From contig OY759599.1 in assembly GCA_963662465.1 (NCBI GenBank), forward strand, positions 3,040,001 through 3,104,000: a stretch of 64,000 bases of DNA, in the 5' to 3' direction. Made by a program: the position numbers and the translations under genes. Positions 18,232 to 27,888 of this stretch are shown in pieces. The stretch is from Desulfatiglandales bacterium (GTDB lineage Bacteria; Desulfobacterota; DSM-4660; Desulfatiglandales; Desulfatiglandaceae). Each line of letters begins with the position of its first letter. The stretch's first letter is position 1. Below the pieces are notes generated by a model. That model worked only from the letters and a program-made list of their open reading frames with translations, searched no databases and was not told the origin of the DNA.

Positions 18232-20227
18232 CGGTTGTCTCCTTTTTGGATTGTTGATTGTTGATTGTTGATTGGTGATTGTTGATTGGTGATTGGTGAT
18301 TGGTGATTGTTGATTGGTGATTGGGCAGTTCCATGATGAAGGTCGTTCCTTTTCCCAGTTCACTCTCACAGCGTATCTTCCCGCCCTGAGATTCGATAAT
18401 GCTTCTGGATACGGAAAGTCCCAAACCGGTTCCTTTTCCCACGGGCTTGGTGGTGAAAAAAGGATCAAAAATCCTTTCCATCTGTTCGGCGGGGATACCG
18501 CGGCCCGTATCACTGACGGCGATCTCAATCCATTCTCCGGCCGACCGCACTTCAAATCGGATTTCTTTTGTCTTGGTTTCATGCACGGCATCCAGGGCAT
18601 TGGTCATGAGATTGAGGAAGACCTGTTGCAGGCTGTTTCCCTTGGCCCGGATCTCCCGACATTCCTCCGGGATACAGCTTATGACCCGGATGTTGTCCTT
18701 CTCGATCCGGTAGGCCAAAAGCCTTGACACCCGTTCAAAGATATCCGCACAGTCTATCCGTCGAAATCCTTCCGCCTCCAGTTGCCCCATGTGAGAAAAA
18801 GTCAACAGGTTCCGGACCAGGTCCACGCATCTCCCGGTTTCACGCAGGGCATCTTTTAAAATCCCGTGCCGTTTGTCCTCCCGGGGGGTATGTTTGAGGC
18901 AGTACTCGATAAACCCGTTTATGCCCATCATGGGATTGTTCAATTCATGGGCAATGCCGCCCGCCATCATGCCCAGGGCCGTCATCTTTTCCGTCATGAT
19001 CCGGCTCTGCTCCTCAAGCCTGCGAGCGGTCACATCCCTGATGAGCGCCCACAGGCAGCCGGGAGTTCCCTGTCCATCCTTTGTGAGCCAGAGCCTGACG
19101 GCCGCCGCAAAAACAGACCCGTCCTTGCGCACATACTCCTTTTCGTATTCATCCGAGTATCCCCTCCGCATGACCTGCTTCTCGAGTATCTCCGCTTCCA
19201 TGCGATGCCATTTCAAGGGCGTCAAATCTTTGCGGTTGAATTTTGTCAGCTCATCCCTTCCATAGCCGGTCATATCCAGAAATGCCTGGTTTGCATCCAG
19301 GAATCTGCCGTTCATGGCACAAAAGGTAATGCCGTCCCGGCTCGATTCATAGAGGGTTCGATACTTCTCTTCGCTGTTTTTCAATGCCTCCAGGGTTTTG
19401 ATGCGATCCCGCATGTCCCGCGCCACAAGGACGGCGCCGGGAGAATCGTCCTTTCCATGGCTAAGCGTCGAGGCTGATACCTGCACGGGAATCAACACCC
19501 CGTCTTTTGTCCGAAGCTGAACATCGCTGTTCCGGTACATCAGGCCTCTGATTTCATCAGGGCCGGAGAGCGCCGCGGGAGTGAGCAGCAGGGAGGCGGA
19601 TGGGGAATCCTCAAAAAGGCGGGCCAACGGCTTTCCCGTGATCTCGCCCGCTGCATATCCGGACAGGGAAACCAGGGCTTCGTTCACGGTGCGGATCATG
19701 CCGTCGCCGGAAACCACCATCACCGCATCGACCATGGAAAGGAGAATGTTTTCCAGATAACCCCTGGCCTTCTCCACCTCGATCTTTTCCACCAGTTCAC
19801 GCCGTTGCCGATCAAGCTCCAGGAAAACCCTGACCTTGGCCAGCATGATCTCGGGCAGGTAGGGCTTGGTCACAAAGTCCACGGCCCCGGCCGCATACCC
19901 CCTGAAAACATGCTGCTCATCCGAATAAACGGCCGACAGAAAGATGATGGGAAGTCGCCGGGTTTTTTCATCGCCTCTCAGGTATTCGGCCAACTCATAA
20001 CCATCCATCTCCGGCATCTGCACATCCAGGATGGCCAGGGCAAAATCGTGGTGCAACGTGGCTTTCAGAGCCTCATTTCCGCTGCTTGCACGAATGGTCC
20101 GCGCCCCCGTTTCCCGCAACACCCTTTCGAGGGCCAGCAGGTTTTCGGGCCGGTCGTCCACGATGAGGATTTCTTGCGCTTCGTTTGGATTGTTGATTGG
20201 TGATTGTTGATTGTTGATTGCCGTCAT
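18203..20227 (-). CDS. REC-PAS-PAS histidine kinase
   Basis: ILIVDD..ENL, LDVQMP, two PAS repeats, GGIAHELNNP, NL..NA, DTGRGI, FFTTKPVGKGTGLGL; both termini encoded by 7-bp repeats. Confidence 0.93.
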   Translation of the reverse strand: MTAINNQQSPINNPNEAQEILIVDDRPENLLALERVLRETGARTIRASSGNEALKATLHHDFALAILDVQMPEMDGYELAEYLRGDEKTRRLPIIFLSAVYSDEQHVFRGYAAGAVDFVTKPYLPEIMLAKVRVFLELDRQRRELVEKIEVEKARGYLENILLSMVDAVMVVSGDGMIRTVNEALVSLSGYAAGEITGKPLARLFEDSPSASLLLTPAALSGPDEIRGLMYRNSDVQLRTKDGVLIPVQVSASTLSHGKDDSPGAVLVARDMRDRIKTLEALKNSEEKYRTLYESSRDGITFCAMNGRFLDANQAFLDMTGYGRDELTKFNRKDLTPLKWHRMEAEILEKQVMRRGYSDEYEKEYVRKDGSVFAAAVRLWLTKDGQGTPGCLWALIRDVTARRLEEQSRIMTEKMTALGMMAGGIAHELNNPMMGINGFIEYCLKHTPREDKRHGILKDALRETGRCVDLVRNLLTFSHMGQLEAEGFRRIDCADIFERVSRLLAYRIEKDNIRVISCIPEECREIRAKGNSLQQVFLNLMTNALDAVHETKTKEIRFEVRSAGEWIEIAVSDTGRGIPAEQMERIFDPFFTTKPVGKGTGLGLSVSRSIIESQGGKIRCESELGKGTTFIMELPNHQSTITNHQSPINNHQSTINNQQSKKETTDDQTNSCNR
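18249..18325. repeat. Tandem heptamer array GATTG(T/G)T x11
   Basis: 11 contiguous 7-bp units counted directly (last unit GATTGGG). Confidence 0.95.
20188..20222. repeat. Tandem heptamer array GATTG(T/G)T x5
   Basis: Five units (last GATTGCC) within the first codons of the 674-aa kinase. Confidence 0.9.
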
Positions 20228-20297
20228 CGTCCCGAATACCCGTGCCCTTTCCCTTTACGCCTCAAATCAAGAATTCTGAACCCAAAATCCGAAAATT

Positions 20298-20329
20298 CAA
20301 TCGCCAATCATCAATCAACAATCGCCAAT
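20298..20329. repeat. Tandem heptamer array CAATCNN x4-5 (opposite orientation)
   Basis: CAATCGC CAATCAT CAATCAA CAATCGC CAAT; contains the cheB stop codon. Confidence 0.85.
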
Positions 20330-20898
20330 AAAAAATCGCCCATCTCCTCCAATGTCATCACCCGGTCCACCACTCCCGCATCAATAGCCGCCGCCGGCAT
20401 GAAAGGGGTTTCCGCCGTGCCGGGGTCCTGGGCGATGGTCAGTCCGCCGCATTCCTTGATCCTGCGAAGACCACAAGAGCCATCCTGATTGGCGCCGGTC
20501 AGGATGATGCCGATCAGTCCGGCGCCCCACACCTCCGCCGCGCTTTCAAACAACACGTCGATGGAAGGCCGTGAATAGTTGATCTTGGCATCGATGGACA
20601 GGGAAAAGCTTTCATCCCTTTCCACCAGGAGATGGTAATTGGCGGGTGCAATGTACACATGACCTTTCAGAATCGGCGTTTTATCTTCAACCCCCTCGAC
20701 CGGAAGTGGGCATCTCCTGCTTAAGAATTCCGGCAGATACCCCCCTTCCAATGGGTGCAGGTGCTGAACCGCGATGATGGACAACGGAAAGGTCCCGGGA
20801 AGCATCGAAAACAACTTCCCCAAAGCGGCCATGCCGCCGGCCGATGCGCCGATGGTCACGCATCTATAGGCGCTTTTGATAGATTTTTGCCTTGGCAT
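20311..20898 (-). CDS. cheB: CheB-type methylesterase, no receiver domain
   Basis: GASAGG, VQH, APANYHL, RPSIDVLF, LTGANQDG (Ser-His-Asp triad intact). Confidence 0.92.
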   Translation of the reverse strand: MPRQKSIKSAYRCVTIGASAGGMAALGKLFSMLPGTFPLSIIAVQHLHPLEGGYLPEFLSRRCPLPVEGVEDKTPILKGHVYIAPANYHLLVERDESFSLSIDAKINYSRPSIDVLFESAAEVWGAGLIGIILTGANQDGSCGLRRIKECGGLTIAQDPGTAETPFMPAAAIDAGVVDRVMTLEEMGDFLLAIVD

Positions 20899-21688
20899 CG
20901 ATTATCCTGAAATCTCTTCCAGCCCGCGAAAATTGAACCGATTCCTTGGACCCCAGACAGAGAAACCCGCCGCGAACCAGGGCCTCACTGAAAAGAGCGA
21001 GAACCTGGTCCTGGAGTTCCCTGTCGAAATAGATCAGTACGTTCCGGCATAAAATCAGGTGGATCTCGCTGAAAACACCGTCCGTAACCAGGTTGTGGTT
21101 GGCAAAGGTCATATTCTGTTTCAGCATCTGATCCATGGCAATCGCCCCGTATTCGGCATGATAGTATTGGGAAAAGGAACCCGTGCCGCCTGATTTCTGA
21201 TAGTTCTCGGTAAACAGCTTCATACCCCCCAGATCGAATATGCCCTCCCTTGCCTTTTGCAGAACCCGGTCGTTAAAATCGGTGGCATAGATGGTTGTCT
21301 TGTCATAGATGCCCGTCTCCTTCAACATAATGGCCAGGGAATAGGCCTCTTCGCCGCTGGCACATCCCGCATGCCAGACCTTGATGAAAGGGTAGGTTTT
21401 GAGCACCGGCAGCACATTTTCCCGAAGACTTCGATAAACAAAGGGATCGCGAAACATCTCAGTGACGGGGACGGAAAACTGCCCCAGAAAATCCGCGAAA
21501 AAGGCTTCATCGTGAAGCAGTTTCGGAACTAATTCGGAGATGTGGGCACACCCCGCCCTGGGTAGAAACTGCCTGACCCTCCGCTCCACCGAAGCCCTCG
21601 CATAATGCCTGAAATCGTGGCCGTATCGCTGAAATATCGCCTCGAGGAGAAGGTCGATCTCAATGGCTTCGATTTTCAATTCGTCCAT
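20864..21688 (-). CDS. cheR: CheR-type protein-glutamate methyltransferase
   Basis: VTEMFRD, VWHAGCASGEEAYS, YATD, CRNVLIYFD; start ATG 21688. Confidence 0.93.
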   Translation of the reverse strand: MDELKIEAIEIDLLLEAIFQRYGHDFRHYARASVERRVRQFLPRAGCAHISELVPKLLHDEAFFADFLGQFSVPVTEMFRDPFVYRSLRENVLPVLKTYPFIKVWHAGCASGEEAYSLAIMLKETGIYDKTTIYATDFNDRVLQKAREGIFDLGGMKLFTENYQKSGGTGSFSQYYHAEYGAIAMDQMLKQNMTFANHNLVTDGVFSEIHLILCRNVLIYFDRELQDQVLALFSEALVRGGFLCLGSKESVQFSRAGRDFRIIDAKAKIYQKRL

Positions 21689-21691
21689 GGT

Positions 21692-21726
21692 CAATCCCAA
21701 ATCAACAATCAACAATCAACAATCAC
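21692..21726. repeat. Tandem heptamer array CAATCAA-like x5
   Basis: Fills the gap between the large kinase stop (21723-21725, inside the array) and cheR. Confidence 0.88.
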
Positions 21727-24700
21727 CGATATAACCACACCCGCAACATGGACAATAGACGCTTGACATCAACGGGTTTTGCCAGATAATCATTGGCGCC
21801 CGCCTCAATGCAAAGATCCCTGTCCCCCGCCATAGCCTTGGCCGTAAGGGCGATAATGGGGAGCCGATGGAACCTGGCCTGGCGCCTGATCCGCCGCATG
21901 GTCTCATATCCGTCCATAACGGGCATCATGATGTCCATCAGAACGAGGTCCACATGGGGGTCTTTTTCAAGGGCGGAAAGGGCCATTTTACCGTCATCCG
22001 CCTTGACCACTTTCATTCCCTTCTCTTCCAGAATCTTGGTCAGCGCAAAGATATTGCGCATGTCATCGTCCACCATGAGAATCTTCTTATCTTTCAGCAG
22101 CAAATCCGTATCATGCAGGTTAATGATCATTTTGCGCTGTTTTTCCGGCATCTTGTCCACCATGCGGTGCAGGAAGAGAGAGGTTTCATCCAGGAGCCGC
22201 TCATCGGACTTTACCCCCTTGATGATAATGGACTCCGCATACTCCCGCAGTTTCATTTCTTCTTCGCGGGTCAGATCCCTTCCGGTGTATACGATCACGG
22301 GCGGAATCGCCGTGTGGCCATCCCGCTCAAGCGTCTTCAGGAGGTCGAAGCCGGTCATATCCGGCAGCCCCAGGTCCAGGATGACACAATCGTAACGGGT
22401 GGTTCTCAAGGCGTTCAGGGCCGATTCCCCCGTTGCCGCCTCATCCACCCGGATGTCTCCGTTCCCCACCAGACGCACCACGCTGCCGCGCAGGATATCA
22501 TCGTCCTCCACCACCAGGAGGTTTTTCATCTTTCGGTCAAGAATATCCTCGAGCCGGGAGAAGGCCGCTTCCAGATCTTCCTGTTTGACCGGTTTGTTCA
22601 GAAAACCGATGGCCCCCTTTCTGAACGCCTCGATGGTGGGGTCCTCCACGGACATCACATGCACGGGGATATGGCGAAGGGCCGAGTCTTCCTTCAACGC
22701 CTCCAGGACCGCCCAGCCGTCCATGCCCGGAAGCCGGATATCCAGAATGACGGCCTGGGGCAAATGTTCCGACGCAAGGGAGAGCCCCTCTTCGCCGGTG
22801 GCGGACGCCAGGCACTTGAATCCCCTGTCGTGGCACTGCTTCAACAGCAGCGCCGCAAACCGGTGATCATCCTCGATCACCAGGATAACCCTCTCCCCCT
22901 TTACGATATTCTCGCGATCATCGGGGATCGAGGCGATATGCCGGATGCCGGTGGAAGCGGAACGGAGAATACGCGGTACAGGGGATTGCTGAACACCCTC
23001 CACAGACCAATCTCTTCTGCTTTCCGGCTGTGGTGTTTTTTTCTCCGGTTTCAGGGTTCCACTTTCAGGCTTTGGTTTTTCCATATCCATGGGCAGATAA
23101 AGCGTAAAGGTACTCCCCTTCCCCACCTCGCTTTGCATCTGGATTTCTCCCCCCAGGAGATGGGCCAACTCCCTGGAGATGGATAGCCCCAGCCCCGTTC
23201 CACCGTACTTCCGGGCCGTGGTGCCGTCGGCCTGCTGAAATGCCTCAAAAATGATCTTCTGTTTCTCCTCGGGGATGCCGATCCCCGTATCCTTTATGGA
23301 AATGGCCACGGTATTGGAAACGGAAAGCCCGCTGCTGAAAAGGGTCACCCCTTTTTGCGGGCGATCCATGCGAACCGTGATACGCCCTCCCTTATCCGTG
23401 AACTTGATGGCATTGGCCATGAGGTTCCGGATAATCTGCTCGGCCCGTTTGCCATCCGTGTTGATCTCCGCCGGCAGGGTTTCACCCATCTCAACCTCAA
23501 GCCCGATATCTTTTTCCCCGGCCATGTGGGCGAAATGGTCCCGAATATTGCCCGCCAGGATGTCCATTTTGACCTTTTCAAACTGCACTTCCACTTTTCC
23601 GGCCTCGATCCGGCTCAAATCCAGGATCTCGTTGATCAGGGAGAGCAGTTGATTGCCGCTGTCATGGATCACCTTTGCGGATTCCATCTGCTCTTCCGTC
23701 AGGGTCCCCTCCTTATTGTCGGCCAACATCCGGGCCAGCAGGAGGAGGCTGTTCAGGGGCGTCCGGAGTTCATGGGACATATTGGCCAGAAACTCGGATT
23801 TGTACCTGCCGGCAATGGCCAGTTGTTCGGCCCTCTCTTCCACCTGTGCCCTGGCCCGCTGGAGATTCCGGTTGGTCTGCTCCACATCCCGTTTCTGCCT
23901 CTCGAGGGCTTCGGTTTTTTCCTCCAGCTCTTCGTTGGTAACCTCCAATTCCTCCTGCTGGGTCTTAAGCCGCTCTTCCGATGCCTGGAGGGCCTGGGTC
24001 TGTTCCTCCAGCTCCTCGTTGGCGGCCTTGAGTTCCTCCTGCTGGGTCTCCAGTTCCTCGGTAAGGGCCTGGGAACGGGAAAGGGCCTCGGAAAGCCGGT
24101 CCCTGGCCTGTGCCGTCTCAATACTGATGGCCGCGGCCGGCATAACCTGATTCAGGTAGAGAAGTTGAAGGTCGGTCATATCGTCCAGGGTTCCGATCTC
24201 CAGGACCCCCTTCACGCGCTCCTCATAGAGAAGCGGGGTCACGGAGATAAACCGGGGGACGGCCTCCCCCAGGCCTGAGGTGACCCTGATATAATCTTCG
24301 GGCACATTGCGCACCAGGATCGGTTTTTTCTCCAGGGCCGCCTGCCCCACCAGGCCTTCCCCCGAACGGAACCGGTTGGACAGATTCTTCCGCTGGGTAT
24401 AAGCGTAACTCCCGGTCAGTAAGAAAGTTTCCGCCGGCCCCTCCTCGGCCGTAACGTAGATGGCGCCCACCTGGGCGCCCAGATAAGTGGAAACCTCCGA
24501 GATAATCTTTCCGGTCAACTCATTCATGTCCTGCTCGCCCCGCATGACCTCGCTGAGCCTGGCGATACCGGTCTTCAACCAGTCCTGGGCTTCCATCTCA
24601 TCCCGGGATTTTCTAAGGGCCGTCTGCATCTCCCGGATGGAAGCCGCCAGTTTCCCGGTCTCATCTTCTCCTTTTGCCGCCACGGGGGTATCCAGATTGC

Positions 24701-25391
24701 CCTTTGCAATAGCATCGGCCACGCCGACCATATTGTTGAGGCCGGAGGATATGGAGTGGGACAGCATCATCCCGAGGGCCAGGGCGCCGACCAGGGCGCC
24801 CAGGGTCAGGATGATCATCAGGGTAATCGCCCTCTGAACCTCCCTGTCGCCCCGGGCCTTGCTTTCCGCCAGGTCCTTATCGTTTTTTCCCACAATAAGG
24901 GCGATCAACTCTCCGGCCTTCTGCCTGAGTTCGCGCCCTTTTCCCATGCTCAGGGCGGCAGCCTCATCTTTCCGGTCCAGTCCGGCAAACCGTTGCACCT
25001 CCCGGGTTGTCTCCAGGAAACGGCCCCAGACCCGGGCAAACTCATCCAGCGTGCTCTTCTCGTCAGGGTCTGAGAGTTCCCTCAGGCGGCCGGCCGTCTT
25101 CATGAGCTCCGCCTGGAGATCCTCGATGGCTTTTTCAAACTCCTTCCGCTCACCATCCGACTTGGCGAGGATAATATTCTTCTCCCCCCTGACAACTTCC
25201 AGTGTTTGCGCCTGCATCCTCCCGGCCAGCCGGATACTCTCGCTGTCCCGGTCCACGATCAGGTCCAGATTCGTCTCCATCCCTTTCAGAAAATAGAGGC
25301 CACAAAGGGCCACCACCACCTCAGCCGCCACAACAATGAGCAGGATGGTGAGAATCTTTTTGCCGATGGAGAAATTCCTGAAAAAATTCAC
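21723..25391 (-). CDS. Membrane hybrid histidine kinase: four-helix-bundle sensor, HAMP, GAF, Glu/Gln-rich coiled coil, HisKA, HATPase, three REC
   Basis: Two TM helices; EELETQQEELKAANEELEEQ coiled coil; FLANMSHELRTPL; GGTGLGL; REC aspartates in ILDIRLP, ILDLGLP, LMDIMMP. Confidence 0.94.
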   Translation of the reverse strand: MNFFRNFSIGKKILTILLIVVAAEVVVALCGLYFLKGMETNLDLIVDRDSESIRLAGRMQAQTLEVVRGEKNIILAKSDGERKEFEKAIEDLQAELMKTAGRLRELSDPDEKSTLDEFARVWGRFLETTREVQRFAGLDRKDEAAALSMGKGRELRQKAGELIALIVGKNDKDLAESKARGDREVQRAITLMIILTLGALVGALALGMMLSHSISSGLNNMVGVADAIAKGNLDTPVAAKGEDETGKLAASIREMQTALRKSRDEMEAQDWLKTGIARLSEVMRGEQDMNELTGKIISEVSTYLGAQVGAIYVTAEEGPAETFLLTGSYAYTQRKNLSNRFRSGEGLVGQAALEKKPILVRNVPEDYIRVTSGLGEAVPRFISVTPLLYEERVKGVLEIGTLDDMTDLQLLYLNQVMPAAAISIETAQARDRLSEALSRSQALTEELETQQEELKAANEELEEQTQALQASEERLKTQQEELEVTNEELEEKTEALERQKRDVEQTNRNLQRARAQVEERAEQLAIAGRYKSEFLANMSHELRTPLNSLLLLARMLADNKEGTLTEEQMESAKVIHDSGNQLLSLINEILDLSRIEAGKVEVQFEKVKMDILAGNIRDHFAHMAGEKDIGLEVEMGETLPAEINTDGKRAEQIIRNLMANAIKFTDKGGRITVRMDRPQKGVTLFSSGLSVSNTVAISIKDTGIGIPEEKQKIIFEAFQQADGTTARKYGGTGLGLSISRELAHLLGGEIQMQSEVGKGSTFTLYLPMDMEKPKPESGTLKPEKKTPQPESRRDWSVEGVQQSPVPRILRSASTGIRHIASIPDDRENIVKGERVILVIEDDHRFAALLLKQCHDRGFKCLASATGEEGLSLASEHLPQAVILDIRLPGMDGWAVLEALKEDSALRHIPVHVMSVEDPTIEAFRKGAIGFLNKPVKQEDLEAAFSRLEDILDRKMKNLLVVEDDDILRGSVVRLVGNGDIRVDEAATGESALNALRTTRYDCVILDLGLPDMTGFDLLKTLERDGHTAIPPVIVYTGRDLTREEEMKLREYAESIIIKGVKSDERLLDETSLFLHRMVDKMPEKQRKMIINLHDTDLLLKDKKILMVDDDMRNIFALTKILEEKGMKVVKADDGKMALSALEKDPHVDLVLMDIMMPVMDGYETMRRIRRQARFHRLPIIALTAKAMAGDRDLCIEAGANDYLAKPVDVKRLLSMLRVWLYR

Positions 25392-27466
25392 GGCGCACCC
25401 CCTGTCAGCACTTCTCGCACCTTCCGTGCCAGACCCTCAGGCGTAAAGGGTTTCTGGAGGAAGGCGGTATCCTTGTCGAGTATGCCGTGGTGAACAATGG
25501 CGTTGTCCGTGTAACCCGACATGAAAAGAACCTTGATGTCCGGTTGGAGCGTCTTCATACACTCCGCCGCCTCCTTTCCACTCATCACGGGCATTACCAC
25601 GTCAGTCACCAGAAGGTGGATGGTCTCTCCATGGGTTTTGGCAATCTCAAGGGCCGACGGACCTCCTTCGGCCGACAGGACTTTGTACCCATACTTTTTA
25701 AGGATCTTACAGGCCATATTCCTGAGCTGAGCATCATCTTCAACCACCAGCACGGTCTCCGCACCCTGGAGCGACTCCGGCGGGATCTTCAGCGGGTCCA
25801 ACACGGGGTGCGCTTTATCCACCCTGGGCAGATAGATCTTGAAACAGGTCCCTTTACCCGGCTCGCTGTACACCCAGATATGCCCACCGGCCTGCTTGAC
25901 GATTCCATAAACCGTGGAAAGCCCGAGTCCCGTCCCCTTCCCCACCGCCTTGGTGGTAAAGAAAGGATCGAAGATCTGAGACCGAACTGCTTCCGTCATT
26001 CCCTCCCCCGTATCGCTTACGGCCAGCATCACATGCGGGCCTGGGGTAACGGCAATGTGTTTTGCAGCGTATTCCCGGTCCAGTTCCACGTTTGCCGTCT
26101 CGATGGTAAGCCTCCCCCCCTTCGGCATGGCATCCCGGGCATTGACCGCCAGGTTCATGATGATCTGCTCCACCTGCCCCGGATCTCCCTCCACCTGTCC
26201 CAGATCGGAAGAAAGCGTTGTTTCAAGCGCAATATCTTCGCCGATAATGCGGCGCAACATCTTGTCCACACCCAACACCAGCGCATTGAAATTCAAGACC
26301 ACGGGCTGAATGATCTGTCTGCGGCTGAACGCCAGAATCTGCCGGGTCAAGGATGCGGCTCGCTCCCCGGCCTTTTTGATCTCAAGGATACTTTCGCGAA
26401 GGGGGTCGTCTTCCGGGATCATCATCAGGGTCAGATCGGCGTTGCCCATGACAATGGTCATGAGGTTGTTGAAGTCATGGGCAATGCCGCCGGAGAGCCT
26501 GCCCACGGCCTCCATTTTCTGGGCCTGATGCAGCTGTTCTTCCATTTTTTTCTTTTCATCATCCGCGGACTTCAGTTTTTCTTCCCGGTCGACATTGAAG
26601 AGGGCAAAGCCGATATCTTCTCCCATTTCCTGGAACAGCCCCTGCGTTTCGCGATCACGGACAAAGGCTTGCGGCACGGAAGAGGTCAAAACCCCGTAAA
26701 TTCTCCCGTCATGGCAAAGTCTCACGGAAAAAGCAGCCTGGCTCCGACAATAGCGTCTAAGGGGGCATGCCCTGCACTCCGCGAAAACATCTTCGATAAC
26801 CGATATCCCTGTTTGCGCCAGGGCTCTTTGGGCACATGGGGGAAGGCTTCCCCTTTCAAGCCATTCCTTCAACGCCGGGAAAGAAGCCTCATAACCCGCA
26901 TCCGCCCACTGAACGGATTTTTTGGATTCATCCAGGAGACTGATCCAGGTGCTGTTGAACCCCTGGGTTGCCACCAGATTCTCACAGGCCCGCCGGATCA
27001 AGCGACCTCGATCCTTTTCCTTTGTGATCAACTGGTTCACCTTCCGTATGGCACGGATCACCCGGTTAAGATGCCGAATTCTTTCTTCACCTTTCTTTCT
27101 CTCGGTAATATCGTTAAGGGAGGTCAGGAAGCAGCGTCTTCCTTCCCAGTCGATTTCCACCGACCGCATGGCGGCATCCGCCCAGCCCCCCGCCGGCCTT
27201 AGGATCTTGACATCGGAACTTCCGTGCCCGGTCATGGGAAACCCGATATCCATCCCCATCAAGCCTGATACGGAACGACCGAAAAGCGCTTCGGCGGCCG
27301 GGTTGGCGAAATGAATAATGCCGTCACGGCCCACCACAAGGATGGCGTCAGCATTGCTTTCGATGATCATTTTCAACTGTGATTCACTTTGAAGCAACAC
27401 ATCCCGCCCCTCTCCTGACTTCTCAGCATCCAACATCATCTCCTCCATGAGACTTCCATTCCCCAA
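25388..27466 (-). CDS. PAS-GAF hybrid histidine kinase with C-terminal REC
   Basis: QAQKMEAVGRLSGGIAHDFNN, NLAVNARDAM, FFTTKAVGKGTGLGL, VTDVVMP; true start within about 30 bp of 27466. Confidence 0.93.
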   Translation of the reverse strand: MGNGSLMEEMMLDAEKSGEGRDVLLQSESQLKMIIESNADAILVVGRDGIIHFANPAAEALFGRSVSGLMGMDIGFPMTGHGSSDVKILRPAGGWADAAMRSVEIDWEGRRCFLTSLNDITERKKGEERIRHLNRVIRAIRKVNQLITKEKDRGRLIRRACENLVATQGFNSTWISLLDESKKSVQWADAGYEASFPALKEWLERGSLPPCAQRALAQTGISVIEDVFAECRACPLRRYCRSQAAFSVRLCHDGRIYGVLTSSVPQAFVRDRETQGLFQEMGEDIGFALFNVDREEKLKSADDEKKKMEEQLHQAQKMEAVGRLSGGIAHDFNNLMTIVMGNADLTLMMIPEDDPLRESILEIKKAGERAASLTRQILAFSRRQIIQPVVLNFNALVLGVDKMLRRIIGEDIALETTLSSDLGQVEGDPGQVEQIIMNLAVNARDAMPKGGRLTIETANVELDREYAAKHIAVTPGPHVMLAVSDTGEGMTEAVRSQIFDPFFTTKAVGKGTGLGLSTVYGIVKQAGGHIWVYSEPGKGTCFKIYLPRVDKAHPVLDPLKIPPESLQGAETVLVVEDDAQLRNMACKILKKYGYKVLSAEGGPSALEIAKTHGETIHLLVTDVVMPVMSGKEAAECMKTLQPDIKVLFMSGYTDNAIVHHGILDKDTAFLQKPFTPEGLARKVREVLTGGAP

Positions 27467-27505
27467 TCATCAATCGCCAATCAACAATCAACAATCAACA
27501 ATCCC
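27464..27505. repeat. Tandem heptamer array CAATCNN x6
   Basis: CAATCAT CAATCGC CAATCAA CAATCAA CAATCAA CAATCCC; contains the kaiB stop. Confidence 0.9.
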
Positions 27506-27803
27506 TCAGTCCCAGCGCCCCAAGCACCTTTTGTGCATCGCCAAAACTCCCCACTATTCTTTTTCGGGGAGGGTTGGTCTTCATCAAGGTGGGAGTGGCC
27601 AATATCTGATCTCTTTCGGCCCGTTCCAGGTCCTTTGATAAATCGATGCACTCTAAACGGCATCTTCCCGCCAGATGGACTTTTCGGATTTGTTCAACCT
27701 GAGCCATGCTCTCTCTTGATTTTGGCGTATCGCCATAAATGTAAAGGCAAAGTTCCAAGGTCTCTTTTTCTTGATCAAAACCCTCATGATTCACCGCGGT
27801 CAT
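27495..27803 (-). CDS. kaiB: KaiB-like thioredoxin-fold protein
   Basis: LYIYGDTPKS, LECID, AERDQILATPTL.K..PP..RIVG; ATG 27803 after GGGAGA. Confidence 0.85.
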   Translation of the reverse strand: MTAVNHEGFDQEKETLELCLYIYGDTPKSRESMAQVEQIRKVHLAGRCRLECIDLSKDLERAERDQILATPTLMKTNPPRKRIVGSFGDAQKVLGALGLRDC

Positions 27804-27888
27804 ATGATTTCTCCCGAGTTTCTGAGGTCTTACTGCATTTTGAAAAATCCCTGAATTTTTCCCATGTTCCGCATCAAAGTTCCCCGGT

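Noticed and set aside
18232..18600. Long N-terminal extension of the response regulator in the ORF track
   Set aside because: It is an alternative frame of the kinase C-terminus; the ATG at 18231 has its own RBS.
20311..21688. Flagellar chemotaxis operon
   Set aside because: No cheA, cheW or MCP signalling domain in the window.
21793..27314. Long plus-strand ORFs (439, 307, 571 aa) opposite the kinases, and similar shadows elsewhere
   Set aside because: Antisense frames of GC-rich genes with no recognisable motifs.
18249..27505. Heptamer arrays as CRISPR repeats
   Set aside because: Units are 7 bp and contiguous with no spacers; no cas genes are present.
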